Assembly (NCBI GenBank): GCA_964504585.1
Contig: CAZDEW010000001.1
Span: 95,868 to 159,867 of the forward strand
Reading direction: 5' to 3'
Source of the DNA: an uncultured Pseudomonadales bacterium
Lineage (GTDB): Bacteria > Pseudomonadota > Gammaproteobacteria > Pseudomonadales > UBA7434
Length of the DNA: 64,000 nt
Positions 43,205 through 53,172 of this stretch are shown here, in pieces. The stretch's first letter is position 1, and each line of letters opens with the position of its first letter. The translations under genes were made by a program, and so were the position numbers. The notes under the pieces were generated by a model. That model did not search any database. It was given only the letters and a program-made list of their open reading frames with translations, and was not told where the DNA came from.

Positions 43205-43401
43205 GATCGTGATCCTTTTGTCGAAGGGATGGCGGCGCCAGTTTGCCGGATGAATTAGAAAACACCGATTTAGACAAGCCGATTGGCTCGATTATCCCCG
43301 TTTCAAGGGGCTGAAACAGCTATAGAGGATGAAATAGCTGAACTTTTGAACATACTTTTACGCTTTTCGACTATTCTCATCGTGGGTGCTCGGTCGGATC
43401 T

Positions 43402-43430
43402 TTGCAAAATGACTGCTCAGGCATTAGAAT
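43402..43430 (+). promoter_or_regulatory. Sigma70 promoter of rpsU with GC-rich discriminator
   Basis: TTGCAA-17-TAGAAT followed by GCGCGCCC. Confidence 0.75.
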
Positions 43431-43527
43431 GCGCGCCCCTCGTGCCGCGGTGCGTCGTCAGCACTGGCTTAGAGCCTGTCTCGGCCGCGGTGCGCGAAAC
43501 CAAAAAAGCTTATAGAATCATTGAGTT

Positions 43528-43743
43528 ATGCCACAAGTTAAAGTCAAAGAGAATGAGCCCTTCGATCTCGCCCTGAGACGCTTCAAGCGATCTTGCGAGA
43601 AGGCTGGAATTATTGCAGAAGTGCGTCGTCGTGAGTTTTACGAGAAGCCTACTTCGGTGAGAAAGCGCAAGGCAGCTGCGGCCGTCAAACGCCACCAGAA
43701 GAAAGTTAACCGCGAAATGCGCTCCAGGGTTCGCCTCTACTAA
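43528..43743 (+). CDS. rpsU: 30S ribosomal protein S21
   Basis: [27 protein letters not shown]...EFYEKPT. Confidence 0.99.
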   Translation: MPQVKVKENEPFDLALRRFKRSCEKAGIIAEVRRREFYEKPTSVRKRKAAAAVKRHQKKVNREMRSRVRLY

Positions 43744-43946
43744 TTATCTAGCTCGCTACTGTGGTCGTTATTAAGGCCGCAGCAGCCTGCGCTTTAGCCA
43801 GCAACTCCATCAAAGGGCCTAAGCGTAAAAAGTGATAAGGGCGCAGATTGGCCGGTAGTAGCTCTCATGCCACTATCCTTGTCGACTGACCTGCTAGTGA
43901 GCTAGCTCCCGCCGACTTGCCACGATAACAGTGGCTTTTTCGGCCC

Positions 43947-43978
43947 AAAACGCCTGTGCGATGCTCAGGCGTTTTTTT
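43947..43978 (+). terminator. Rho-independent terminator downstream of rpsU
   Basis: aaaacgcctg-tgcgatgct-caggcgttttttt. Confidence 0.8.
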
Positions 43979-44101
43979 GTTTCTATCGTTTTGTTTCTAT
44001 AGCTTTCGATTTTGTTCTCCGCCTGCCGACACGCATCTGCCGGTAGAATACTGAGTATAATCTTGCCCAATGTTCTGCGTTGAGCCTTCCGGGAAAATCC
44101 T

Positions 44102-44557
44102 ATGAGTAAATGCGATCAAAAACTCACGCTTGAAGCGGCACAAAAGGAGGCGATGAAAGCGCGAGATAAAGAGCGGCTTGGCGTAATCAGAATGATCCTG
44201 GCCGAGATCAAGCGTATCGAAGTTGATGAGCGCATCGACGTCGATGACGCGAGAGTGTTGGCGACCCTCGACAAAATGCTCAAGCAGCGCCGTGACTCCA
44301 TTGCAGCGTTCAGCGATGCGGGCAGGGATGAGCTCGTTGCCAAAGAGCAGGCTGAGGTTGATGTGATCCAGTCTTTCCTGCCTACTCAGCTCGACGAAAG
44401 TGAGATTCTGCAAATCATTGAAGATGCGATATCCCAGACTGGTGCCTCAGGTATGCAGGATATGGGTAAGCTGATGGGGCTCATCAAGCCCAAAATGCAG
44501 GGCCGCGCTGACATGGGCAGTGTTAGCGGGCTTATCAAGAAGAAGTTGACCGGCTAA
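44102..44557 (+). CDS. GatB/YqeY domain protein
   Basis: AMKARDK.RL, KQRRDSI, E..E..VI..FLP.QL, DMGKLMG. Confidence 0.93.
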   Translation: MSKCDQKLTLEAAQKEAMKARDKERLGVIRMILAEIKRIEVDERIDVDDARVLATLDKMLKQRRDSIAAFSDAGRDELVAKEQAEVDVIQSFLPTQLDESEILQIIEDAISQTGASGMQDMGKLMGLIKPKMQGRADMGSVSGLIKKKLTG

Positions 44558-44570
44558 GCAAAGAGCTGAT

Positions 44571-46544
44571 GTGGCAGGTCTAATTCCTCGCTCCTTTATC
44601 GATACCCTGCTCGATCGCGTTGATATTGTCGAGATCGTCGGGCAGCGCGTGGCGCTGAAAAAGGCAGGCCACAGTTTCAAGGCCTGCTGCCCCTTCCATG
44701 ACGAAAAAACCCCTTCTTTCAACGTCAACGCTGACAAACAATTTTTCCATTGTTTTGGCTGTGGCGCGGGTGGCAATGTCATCAGTTTTCTCATGGATTA
44801 TGAGAACGTTGACTTTCCAACTGCAGTCGAGATGCTGGCTGCCCACCTCGGTCTTGATGTCCCGCGCGAGGCTAGCAGCGAGGCGGGTGCTGCGCGCAAG
44901 AAAGAGTCCGAGACGCTCTATGAAACACTCACCCGCGCCGCGGTTTTTTACCAGCGCCAGTTGAGGGAACACCCGCAGCGCAAAACAGCCGTTAGCTATT
45001 TACAGCAGCGAGGCTTGAAGGGGGAGATCGCCCGCGACTTTGGGATCGGCTTCGCACCCGCAGGCTGGGATAACCTCTTGCGCGCTAGCATGCAGGGCGT
45101 GCCGGCTGAGCAGCAAGAACAAGGTCTGCTCCAGCTGGAAAAAGCGGGCCTGATCATTCGGCGCGAGGGTGAGGCAGGTGCTCAGGGAGCGGGCAAAAAA
45201 CCCCATGTGACAAAAGCGTTTTACGATCGTTTTCGCGAGCGCGTTATATTCCCGATTCGAGATAACAGGGGGCGAGTTATCGCCTTTGGCGGGCGGGTGC
45301 TGGGCGATGAGAAGCCCAAGTATCTCAACTCGCCAGAGACCGCCGTTTTTCACAAGCAGAGGGAGCTTTACGGCTTATATGAATCGCGCAAGGCCAATCG
45401 CCAGCTCGACTACCTGCTGCTGGTCGAAGGCTATATGGATGTTGTCTCGCTTTTTCAATACGGGATTACCAGTGCTGTCGCAACGCTAGGTACCGCCTCG
45501 GGCATCGCGCATTTGGAGAAGATCTTCCGCTATACCGCCAAGCTGGTCGTTTGTTTTGATGGTGACGAAGCAGGGCAAAAAGCGGCGCAGCGGCTTCTGG
45601 ATGTTGCCCTCCCGGCATTAAAGGATGGGCGCGAGGTTCGTTTCCTTTTTCTTGCAGATGGTGATGATCCGGATACAGCTGTCAGGCGTCAGGGCAAGGC
45701 CGCGTTCGAAAAGCGAATATCCGAGGCCCAGCCGCTCGAAGATTATATGTTTGAGCGTGCCGAAGAAGAACTGGATCTGGATACCCAATCGGGTCGAGCC
45801 AAGCTGGCTACAGTGCTGCTGCCGATGATCAAGCAGATCCCGGCCGGTATTTACCAGCAGAGCCTTTTGGCCCGCCTGGCTGATCTGTTGCACCTGCCGC
45901 TAGAGTTGCTCAGGGAGCAGTTAGACAAAACCACGTTACCCAGGTCCTACTCAGGTCGAGGCGAAGATGGGCGCCAGCAGCCCGGAGATCCGGGGCCAGG
46001 CGCGCAGGCGCGACCTGATGGTGATCAGGAGCAGGTGTCACCCAGGATCAATTCACCTGCCGATTTCTCGGCAGAGCCGGCGGTGCAAGCGCCAGATCCC
46101 GGTGACTTGCATTTGCGTTGGGCGACTTCGACCCTGATTCACTACCCGGCGTTGGCGCTTGAGGTGGCCTTGCCAGAGGGTCTTGCTCAGCCGGCAGCTG
46201 AGTTGAGCCCAGCCGCCACGCTTGTTGTGGAGATATATGAGCTGGTTAGGCGCCGGCACGAGCAATTCGGCAACGTACCGCCCACACCATCACTGATTGG
46301 TCATTGGCACGATCATGAGCTTGAGCCGCAGCTGATGAGCTGCATCGGGGCGGAGCGCCCTGTGGCGGAAACCATCGATGTAGCCCGGCAGGAGCTCGAG
46401 GAGATATTTTCCAATTGGCGCAAGCTTGTCCAGCGGCATCAGCAGGATCAGCGCTTCCTCTCACTCGGCGACAGCAACCAGCGAGCAGACAGCTTAACTG
46501 CCGATCAAATCGAATACCTGAAGTCGCTTGGAAAATCAGGCTGA
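44571..46544 (+). CDS. dnaG: DNA primase
   Basis: CPFHDEKTPSF zinc finger, YDRFR.R..FP, KYLNSPET, EGYMDV, FDGD.AG, DPD. Confidence 0.97.
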   Translation: MAGLIPRSFIDTLLDRVDIVEIVGQRVALKKAGHSFKACCPFHDEKTPSFNVNADKQFFHCFGCGAGGNVISFLMDYENVDFPTAVEMLAAHLGLDVPREASSEAGAARKKESETLYETLTRAAVFYQRQLREHPQRKTAVSYLQQRGLKGEIARDFGIGFAPAGWDNLLRASMQGVPAEQQEQGLLQLEKAGLIIRREGEAGAQGAGKKPHVTKAFYDRFRERVIFPIRDNRGRVIAFGGRVLGDEKPKYLNSPETAVFHKQRELYGLYESRKANRQLDYLLLVEGYMDVVSLFQYGITSAVATLGTASGIAHLEKIFRYTAKLVVCFDGDEAGQKAAQRLLDVALPALKDGREVRFLFLADGDDPDTAVRRQGKAAFEKRISEAQPLEDYMFERAEEELDLDTQSGRAKLATVLLPMIKQIPAGIYQQSLLARLADLLHLPLELLREQLDKTTLPRSYSGRGEDGRQQPGDPGPGAQARPDGDQEQVSPRINSPADFSAEPAVQAPDPGDLHLRWATSTLIHYPALALEVALPEGLAQPAAELSPAATLVVEIYELVRRRHEQFGNVPPTPSLIGHWHDHELEPQLMSCIGAERPVAETIDVARQELEEIFSNWRKLVQRHQQDQRFLSLGDSNQRADSLTADQIEYLKSLGKSG

Positions 46545-46677
46545 ACCCGGCTTATGGCGGGCAGATCGCCGGATTTGCCGACAAGAACCATGCAGATTGG
46601 ATGCCAGAACCATGCTTCTGATCTTAAGAATAATCACACAGAAAGTGGGTGCTTACATTCAGCAAAAGGTCTTTTCC

Positions 46678-46686
46678 TGTTATAAT
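46678..46686 (+). promoter_or_regulatory. Extended -10 promoter upstream of rpoD
   Basis: TGTTATAAT (TGnTATAAT). Confidence 0.65.
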
Positions 46687-47177
46687 TACCGGCTACTTTC
46701 AGGGCTGTCACCCGCGGCCCAATACCTTGCCGAAATCAAATAAAGCATACAGCCTTGAGCTCTAATGCACCTCGCTCGGTCAGGTCTCTAATAAAGTCGA
46801 GGTTCAGAGGTTGGTCGCCTCAGGTGTAGCACGCTGAGAAGCCATTTTGGAGTGACCTGTCAGGGAGTGCAACAAGCGAAAGGATCAGGGCGTCGACGAT
46901 GCGCGTTGCCGAGTTTAGGCCAATGTAGCATCGCCGGGTAAAAAACGAACTCGAGAATCTATTTTTAAATTTGCGCCTTTTAAATTTGCGGCATTGCAGT
47001 GCTGATCGCGAATTTGGTGAGGTTTTGCCGGGCGTCGTCGTATTTATGCCGGTTGCACACTTTGCGGCATCGGCGTTGTCCAAGCTGTTGTCCAGGCTCG
47101 TAGTGCATGCCTTAGTGACACAGAACAGCTTGACGGTTTTAAAGTAGTTTTCTTAGAGCAATTATTTCAGAGTAATT

Positions 47178-49007
47178 ATGTCTGACGAAAAACAATCCAG
47201 AATTAAAGAGTTGATCGCCAAGGGCAAAGAGCAGGGCTACCTCACTTACGCCGAAGTCAACGATCACCTCCCAGAAGATATCTCGGATCCGGATCAGGTC
47301 GAAGATATTATTCAGATGATCAATGATATGGGCATCAAGGTCTTTGAGCAGGCGCCAGATGCTGATGAGCTGCTTTTGGCTGATGATGACTCGACTGATG
47401 ATATCGCCGCGGCTGAAGCTGCGGCTGCTCTTGCGGCGGTAGAGACCGAGGCGGGGAGAACCACTGATCCGGTTCGCATGTACATGCGAGAAATGGGTAC
47501 GGTTGAGCTGCTCACGCGCGAGGGTGAGATTGCGATAGCCAAGCGCATTGAAGAAGGTATTCGCGAAAAGCTAGCCGCGTTAGCCTGCTTTCCGGATGCG
47601 GTGCAAGCCATTCTCGACGAATACAGTTTGGTACAGTCGGGCGAGCGAAAGCTTGGCGATATGCTTTTGGGCTATCTCGACCCGACAGATGCTGTCCCAA
47701 CTGCTCAGGAGATTGCTGAGGCGCAAGCCGCCAAGACTGCAGCTGCTGAAAAAGGTGAGAGCACCGACGACAGCAATGACGCTGCTGACAATGGACCGGA
47801 TCCCGAGCTCGCCGCTGAACGCTTTGAGGCGCTTGGTGCGCAGCTGGTTAAAACCGATCGATCGGTCAAACGCTACGGGCGCGATGCAGACTCTGCGAAA
47901 AAGAATCTGGCCGAGCTCGGCGAATTGTTCAAGTACTTCAAGCTCACTCCCAGAGTGATCGATCCTGTGATGGAGAGACCGCGCGAGGCCTTGTCTCAAA
48001 TTCGCAGTCAGGAACGTGAGATCCTGAGTCTTTGCGTACAAAAAGCCAAGATGCCGCGCAAAGTGTTTTTGAAGTCTTTTGTCGGCAACGAAAAAGATAG
48101 CGCCTGGATGCACGAGATTATCCAGCAAGGTAGCGAGGATTACGCTCGCCGCCTGGGATCGATGATGGAGGCGATTGAACGCGCGCAAAGAAAGATGCTC
48201 GCCGTTGAGGAAGAGACAGGCCTCACAACCAGTGAGATCAAGGACATTAACCGCAAGATATCATTGGGTGAAGCCCGCGCGCGACGCGCGAAGAAAGAAA
48301 TGGTTGAGGCCAACTTGCGTCTGGTAATTTCGATTGCCAAGAAGTACACCAATCGCGGCCTGCAGTTTCTGGATCTTATTCAGGAGGGCAACATCGGTTT
48401 GATGAAAGCCGTCGATAAATTCGAGTATCGTCGCGGCTATAAGTTTTCAACCTATGCCACCTGGTGGATTCGTCAGGCGATTACGCGTTCGATTGCTGAT
48501 CAGGCTCGCACGATTCGTATTCCCGTCCACATGATCGAGACTATCAACAAGCTCAATCGAATCTCTCGTCAGATGCTGCAGGAAATTGGTCGTGAGCCAA
48601 CGCCCGAAGAGCTGGCAGAGCGTATGGAGATGCCGGAAGACAAAGTGCGCAAGGTGCTAAAAATCGCGAAAGAGCCGATTTCGATGGAAACACCTATTGG
48701 TGACGATGAAGATTCGCACCTCGGTGATTTTATCGAAGATGTCACCGTCGACTCACCGGTTGACTCGGCGACCGATCAAAGCCTGCGTGACGCCACGACC
48801 GATGTGTTAGGTAGCTTGACTGCTCGCGAAGCCAAAGTTTTGCGCATGCGTTTTGGTATCGAGATGAATACCGACCATACGCTCGAAGAAGTTGGTAAGC
48901 AATTTGACGTTACAAGAGAGCGTATACGTCAGATCGAAGCCAAGGCTTTACGCAAGCTTCGTCATCCGTCACGGTCTGACCATCTGCGCTCATTCCTTGA
49001 TGAATAG
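47178..49007 (+). CDS. rpoD: RNA polymerase sigma factor RpoD
   Basis: [48 protein letters not shown]. Confidence 0.99.
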   Translation: MSDEKQSRIKELIAKGKEQGYLTYAEVNDHLPEDISDPDQVEDIIQMINDMGIKVFEQAPDADELLLADDDSTDDIAAAEAAAALAAVETEAGRTTDPVRMYMREMGTVELLTREGEIAIAKRIEEGIREKLAALACFPDAVQAILDEYSLVQSGERKLGDMLLGYLDPTDAVPTAQEIAEAQAAKTAAAEKGESTDDSNDAADNGPDPELAAERFEALGAQLVKTDRSVKRYGRDADSAKKNLAELGELFKYFKLTPRVIDPVMERPREALSQIRSQEREILSLCVQKAKMPRKVFLKSFVGNEKDSAWMHEIIQQGSEDYARRLGSMMEAIERAQRKMLAVEEETGLTTSEIKDINRKISLGEARARRAKKEMVEANLRLVISIAKKYTNRGLQFLDLIQEGNIGLMKAVDKFEYRRGYKFSTYATWWIRQAITRSIADQARTIRIPVHMIETINKLNRISRQMLQEIGREPTPEELAERMEMPEDKVRKVLKIAKEPISMETPIGDDEDSHLGDFIEDVTVDSPVDSATDQSLRDATTDVLGSLTAREAKVLRMRFGIEMNTDHTLEEVGKQFDVTRERIRQIEAKALRKLRHPSRSDHLRSFLDE

Positions 49008-49015
49008 TTGAGTTA

Positions 49016-49049
49016 ATAAAAAAACGCGCCGATCGGCGCGTTTTTTTAT
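49016..49049 (+). terminator. Rho-independent terminator after rpoD
   Basis: ataaaaaaacgcgccg-at-cggcgcgtttttttat. Confidence 0.9.
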
Positions 49050-49122
49050 GCGCTCGATAAAATAATATCGGCGTATGTGATAGATTTGCTAGCGTAATGT
49101 TGAGATCGAGGGCCGTACCTTC

Positions 49123-50292
49123 ATGAGCGCAATTCTGATTGCGATCTTCATCGTATCCCCAGCGCTGCTTATTCTATTGACTAGATATCAGCGCTGGGCT
49201 AATCGCATAGGCGTGATCCTGCTGTGTTACCTCTCAGGCCTTGCGCTTGGAGGTTCGGGTCTTCTACCGCAATCACTTGCTACGGTGCAGCAGGGGCTGA
49301 TGACGGCTGCTATTGCACTAGCTATCCCGCTGTTGCTCTTTGGGATGGACTTGAAGCAGTGGCGTAGCAAAGCCGGCAGTGCGGCGCTCTCGATGCTGTT
49401 TGCGGTGGCAGCAGCCGTATGTACGGCTACCGCTTTGTATTATATGTTTCGCGCCGAGGATCCCGCGCGAGCTGCCGACATGGCGGCGCTTGTGACCGGC
49501 GTTTACACGGGTGGCACACCCAATCTCGCCGCTGTGAAGGAAGCGTTAGATATCTCGCACAGCCTTTTCATCGTCGTGCATAGCATCGATACGCTGGCGA
49601 CTGGCATTTACCTACTGTTCTTGCTCTCAACGGTACCGTTAATTCGGCGATATCTTGGCAAACGTGAACGGCTAGTGGTTGATGGTTCCGGTGGCGAGGA
49701 AGAGGGTGCGATGGGCGCAGAGTCCGAGGACTATATAAGCCTGCTTAAACCCTCTAGCATTCCGCAGTTGGCGTGTTCAATTCTGCTCTCTCTGCTGGTC
49801 GTTCTGGTCTCTTATGTTTTGGCCTACACGTTTTCAAACTTTCTGGGCATCGGAGACAGCAGTGCGATTTTTATTGTGCTTCTGACTTCTATCTCGATTT
49901 TGCTGTCGATCAACCGGCGCGTAAGAGAGCTGCGCTTTTCCTACCTGGCAGGTATGTACAGTATCTACGTATTCTGCTTAACGGTGGCTGCGATGGTGAG
50001 TTTCTCGGATTTCGTTGGCATTGATTTCGACACGGTCATTTTTGTATTTGCTGCGGTCTTCGGTACCATGTTCCTGCACATGCTCTTCTGCAAGCTGGCG
50101 GGCGTTGATGCCGACACCTTTATGGTAACCTCGGTGGCAGCGATCTGTAGCCCGCCATTCGTGCCGATGATCGCGAGAGCATTGAATAACTCGCAGGCAA
50201 TACTCTCAGGCATGGCAGCAGGGATCTTAGGCTACGTGTTGGGCAGTTATCTGGGCATTGCCGTCGGCCTTGCGCTGCGCAGTGTCCTGTAG
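49123..50292 (+). CDS. Polytopic membrane protein, probable DUF819 family
   Basis: ~10 hydrophobic segments, AIPLLLF..DL, GVYTGGTPN.AAV, GILGY..G.YLG. Confidence 0.75.
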   Translation: MSAILIAIFIVSPALLILLTRYQRWANRIGVILLCYLSGLALGGSGLLPQSLATVQQGLMTAAIALAIPLLLFGMDLKQWRSKAGSAALSMLFAVAAAVCTATALYYMFRAEDPARAADMAALVTGVYTGGTPNLAAVKEALDISHSLFIVVHSIDTLATGIYLLFLLSTVPLIRRYLGKRERLVVDGSGGEEEGAMGAESEDYISLLKPSSIPQLACSILLSLLVVLVSYVLAYTFSNFLGIGDSSAIFIVLLTSISILLSINRRVRELRFSYLAGMYSIYVFCLTVAAMVSFSDFVGIDFDTVIFVFAAVFGTMFLHMLFCKLAGVDADTFMVTSVAAICSPPFVPMIARALNNSQAILSGMAAGILGYVLGSYLGIAVGLALRSVL

Positions 50293-50373
50293 GTGGACGA
50301 TCAGTCCGATAAAGCTTGCTGAGCGGCTTGTGCGGCAAGATAATAATCGCAATCAATCATTCGAGTCGCCGAT

Positions 50374-51816
50374 ATGACAAATCATAAACCTCTACCTGAA
50401 CAGGGCCTTGAAGAGTCCGAGATCTTTGCCCAGCTTGGGGCGTTCAAAAAAGATGATCCCGCCTATAAGAATGGAAAGCTCTGGAGCCTGGTTTATTACC
50501 TCGATGAGCAGCACCAGGACTTTTTGAAAGAGACCTATCACACCTTCCAAAGCGAAAACGGGCTGAATCCTGGTGCGTTCAAAAGCCTGAAGAAGATGGA
50601 GAACGACATCATCAGTGCTATGGCCGATCTTCTGCATGGCACCGAGGAGGTATGCGGCGTTGTCACTAGCGGTGGAACGGAGAGCTGCCTTCTCGCAGTC
50701 AAGACCTACCGCGATCGCGCGCGAGCCAAGCTTGGTATTAAACGGCCCGAAATGATTATCTCGGCGAGCGCGCACGTCGCCTGGTTCAAAGCTGCCGAGT
50801 ACTTCGACGTCAAAATAAGGCTAGTGCCCCTGCTTGAGGATATGACGCCCGACCTCAACAAGTTAAAGAAATTCGTCAATCGCAATACGATCATGATCCT
50901 TGGGGGCGCCCCCGAGTATCCGCATGGAACTATCGATCCGATTGAAGCAATGGGCGAGATAGCTCAGTCCAGGGGGATTGGCTTGCACGTAGATGCCTGT
51001 GTCGGCGGCATGATTATGCCCTTTATCGAGATGAACGGTGAAGACGTCCCGCGCTGGGATTACCGTGTGTCAGGTGTTACTTCAATTTCGGCGGACTTAC
51101 ACAAATACGGATATGCATCCAAAGGTGCATCGACCATCACTTACCGCAGCATGGATTATCTGCGGCACCAGATGTTTGTCTATGAGGATTGGCCTGGCGG
51201 CGTCTTTGCATCAGCGGGCCTTCTGGGTACAAGGCCGGGCGGTGCTTACTCTGCTGCATGGAGCAGCATGCAGAAAATGGGCAAGGCCGGCTATCGCGAA
51301 CTTGCCGCGCAAACTGTCGATGCTGCAACGCGGCTCAAAGAGGGAATCGAAGCCATAGAGGGGCTGGCGGTAATGGGGAGGCCCATTGGCCCCATTTTCT
51401 CTTACCGATCGGTTGATCCGGCTGTCAGTATCTATGCCGTCGGTGATCAGATGGATGCCCGTGGCTGGAGCGTTAATCGAAACCAGTTTCCGGAAGGCTT
51501 GCACGCCATGGTGACGGCGCAGCACGCTCATGTTGTTGACGATTATCTAGCGGACCTCAGGGAATGCGTCGATATTGTGAGGGCTAATCCGGAACTGGCC
51601 GAGCAGGGCAGCGCTGCAACCTATGGAATGATCGCCCATGTGCCGCTGCGTGGTCAGGTCAGAAAGCAGGTGCTCGATATGTTTTCCAGCCAATACCAGG
51701 CGGGTGGCGCAGAGATGAATCTTGCCGGAGCTGGCGCAGAAGCTGCGGGCAGTAAAAGTTTGTTAGATAAGGCAGTTGGCTGGTATGTGCGGCGACAATC
51801 GCAAAAAGGCCGATAG
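50374..51816 (+). CDS. PLP-dependent enzyme, sphingosine-1-phosphate lyase-like
   Basis: N.LNP..F, TSGGTES, SAH.A..KA, AP.YPHG.IDP, HVDAC.GG, SADLHKYGY..KG.S, GTRPG. Confidence 0.82.
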   Translation: MTNHKPLPEQGLEESEIFAQLGAFKKDDPAYKNGKLWSLVYYLDEQHQDFLKETYHTFQSENGLNPGAFKSLKKMENDIISAMADLLHGTEEVCGVVTSGGTESCLLAVKTYRDRARAKLGIKRPEMIISASAHVAWFKAAEYFDVKIRLVPLLEDMTPDLNKLKKFVNRNTIMILGGAPEYPHGTIDPIEAMGEIAQSRGIGLHVDACVGGMIMPFIEMNGEDVPRWDYRVSGVTSISADLHKYGYASKGASTITYRSMDYLRHQMFVYEDWPGGVFASAGLLGTRPGGAYSAAWSSMQKMGKAGYRELAAQTVDAATRLKEGIEAIEGLAVMGRPIGPIFSYRSVDPAVSIYAVGDQMDARGWSVNRNQFPEGLHAMVTAQHAHVVDDYLADLRECVDIVRANPELAEQGSAATYGMIAHVPLRGQVRKQVLDMFSSQYQAGGAEMNLAGAGAEAAGSKSLLDKAVGWYVRRQSQKGR

Positions 51817-51867
51817 CGCGAGTGTGTCGTTTACTCGTTAGTAAAATTAAAGGAAGGGGTAAGAGCA

Positions 51868-52875
51868 ATGAATGTGTTTGATGATAATAGCCTGACCATT
51901 GGTGAAACACCCTTGGTCAAGATCAACCGAATCAGTGGCGCCAATATATATGCCAAGTTGGAAAGTCGTAACCCGGCTAACTGCGTAAAGTGCCGAATTG
52001 GCGCAAGCATGATTTGGGAGGCGGAAAAGTCGGGTGCTCTAAAGCCTGGCATGGAAATCGTTGAGCCGACGAGTGGTAACACCGGCATTGCCCTGGCATT
52101 TGTGGGTGCGTCGCGCGGCTATAAGGTAACGTTAGTCATGCCACATTCCATGAGTCTTGAGCGCCGACAGCTCATGAAAGCCTTTGGTGCAAATCTGGTG
52201 ATCACCGACGCTGCCAAAGGTATGAAGCTCTGTATAGACACCGCCAGGCAAATGGTTGAAGAGTCGCCCGATACCCGTTGGATGCCCAGCCAGTTCGATA
52301 ACCCGGCCAACCCGCAGATCCACTTTAACACCACTGGGCCTGAAATCTGGGAAGATACTCAGGGTGAGATCGATATACTTGTTAGCGGCGTTGGAACCGG
52401 CGGAACGCTGACCGGCATTTCGCGCTATATCAAGCAGCAGGAGGGCAAGGCGATTACCACGGTCGCTGTTGAGCCCGATACGACCACCATGATAACCGCT
52501 GCTTTCAAGGGCGAGGAACCGGAGCACGCACCGCATAAAATTCAGGGCATAGGAGCAGGCTTTCTGCCGCCTAATCTGGATATGGCAATGGTCGATCAGG
52601 TCGAACGCGTAAGCGGCGAAGAAGCGATCGTCTGGGCACACAAGCTGATGACGCAGGAGGGAATTCTGGCAGGTATATCCTCGGGCGCTGCCATGGCAAT
52701 AGCCGATCGCGTTTCCAAACAGCCCGGTAACGAGGGCAAAAATATTGTTGTTATCCTGCCCGATTCTGCCGAGCGCTACCTTAGCACGCCGCTATTTGAG
52801 GGCATGTTTGGCGAAGGCGAAACCGAGCAAACGGCAATGAGTGACCTTGAGGCGCTTACAGCATCACCAGCCTGA
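51868..52875 (+). CDS. cysK: Cysteine synthase A
   Basis: KLESRNP...[40 protein letters not shown]. Confidence 0.95.
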   Translation: MNVFDDNSLTIGETPLVKINRISGANIYAKLESRNPANCVKCRIGASMIWEAEKSGALKPGMEIVEPTSGNTGIALAFVGASRGYKVTLVMPHSMSLERRQLMKAFGANLVITDAAKGMKLCIDTARQMVEESPDTRWMPSQFDNPANPQIHFNTTGPEIWEDTQGEIDILVSGVGTGGTLTGISRYIKQQEGKAITTVAVEPDTTTMITAAFKGEEPEHAPHKIQGIGAGFLPPNLDMAMVDQVERVSGEEAIVWAHKLMTQEGILAGISSGAAMAIADRVSKQPGNEGKNIVVILPDSAERYLSTPLFEGMFGEGETEQTAMSDLEALTASPA

Positions 52876-52893
52876 TTCACGCAAATTACCGTA

Positions 52894-52922
52894 TTGGAAA
52901 TTGCTTGCCGCGCACTTATAAT
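52894..52922 (+). promoter_or_regulatory. Sigma70 stable-RNA-type promoter for the tRNA
   Basis: TTGGAA-17-TATAAT followed by GC-rich discriminator GCGCGACC. Confidence 0.72.
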
Positions 52923-53095
52923 GCGCGACCCTGCGTACCGAGCTAGCAACAAAAACACCTAAGTCGTTTGGACGCAGAGATTTGTGCCTCTGGCGAGGCG
53001 CGCGATGAGAGAGTAAAGGAGCATACATAAAGTATGTGACTGATCGATTGAAGAGCAGCAACGCGGCCAGGGGTGCAAAGATCAAGTACAAAATG

Positions 53096-53172
53096 GGGCC
53101 CGTAGCTCAGTTGGTCAGAGCATCCGACTCATAATCGGCAGGTCGAAGGTTCAAGTCCTTCCGGGCCCACCA
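53096..53172 (+). tRNA. tRNA with CAT anticodon, most likely Ile2 (lysidine) type
   Basis: Acceptor GGGCCCG/CGGGCCC-A-CCA, D arm AGCTCAGTTGGTCAGAGC, anticodon CCGA-CTCATAA-TCGG, T loop GGTTCAAGTCC; GACTCATAATC and location downstream of rpoD as for ileX. Confidence 0.93.

Noticed and set aside
47580-48188. Long antisense ORFs (202 aa opposite rpoD; similar ones opposite hflK, cysK, surA)
   Set aside because: Shadow frames of strongly codon-biased genes, with no motifs or RBS.
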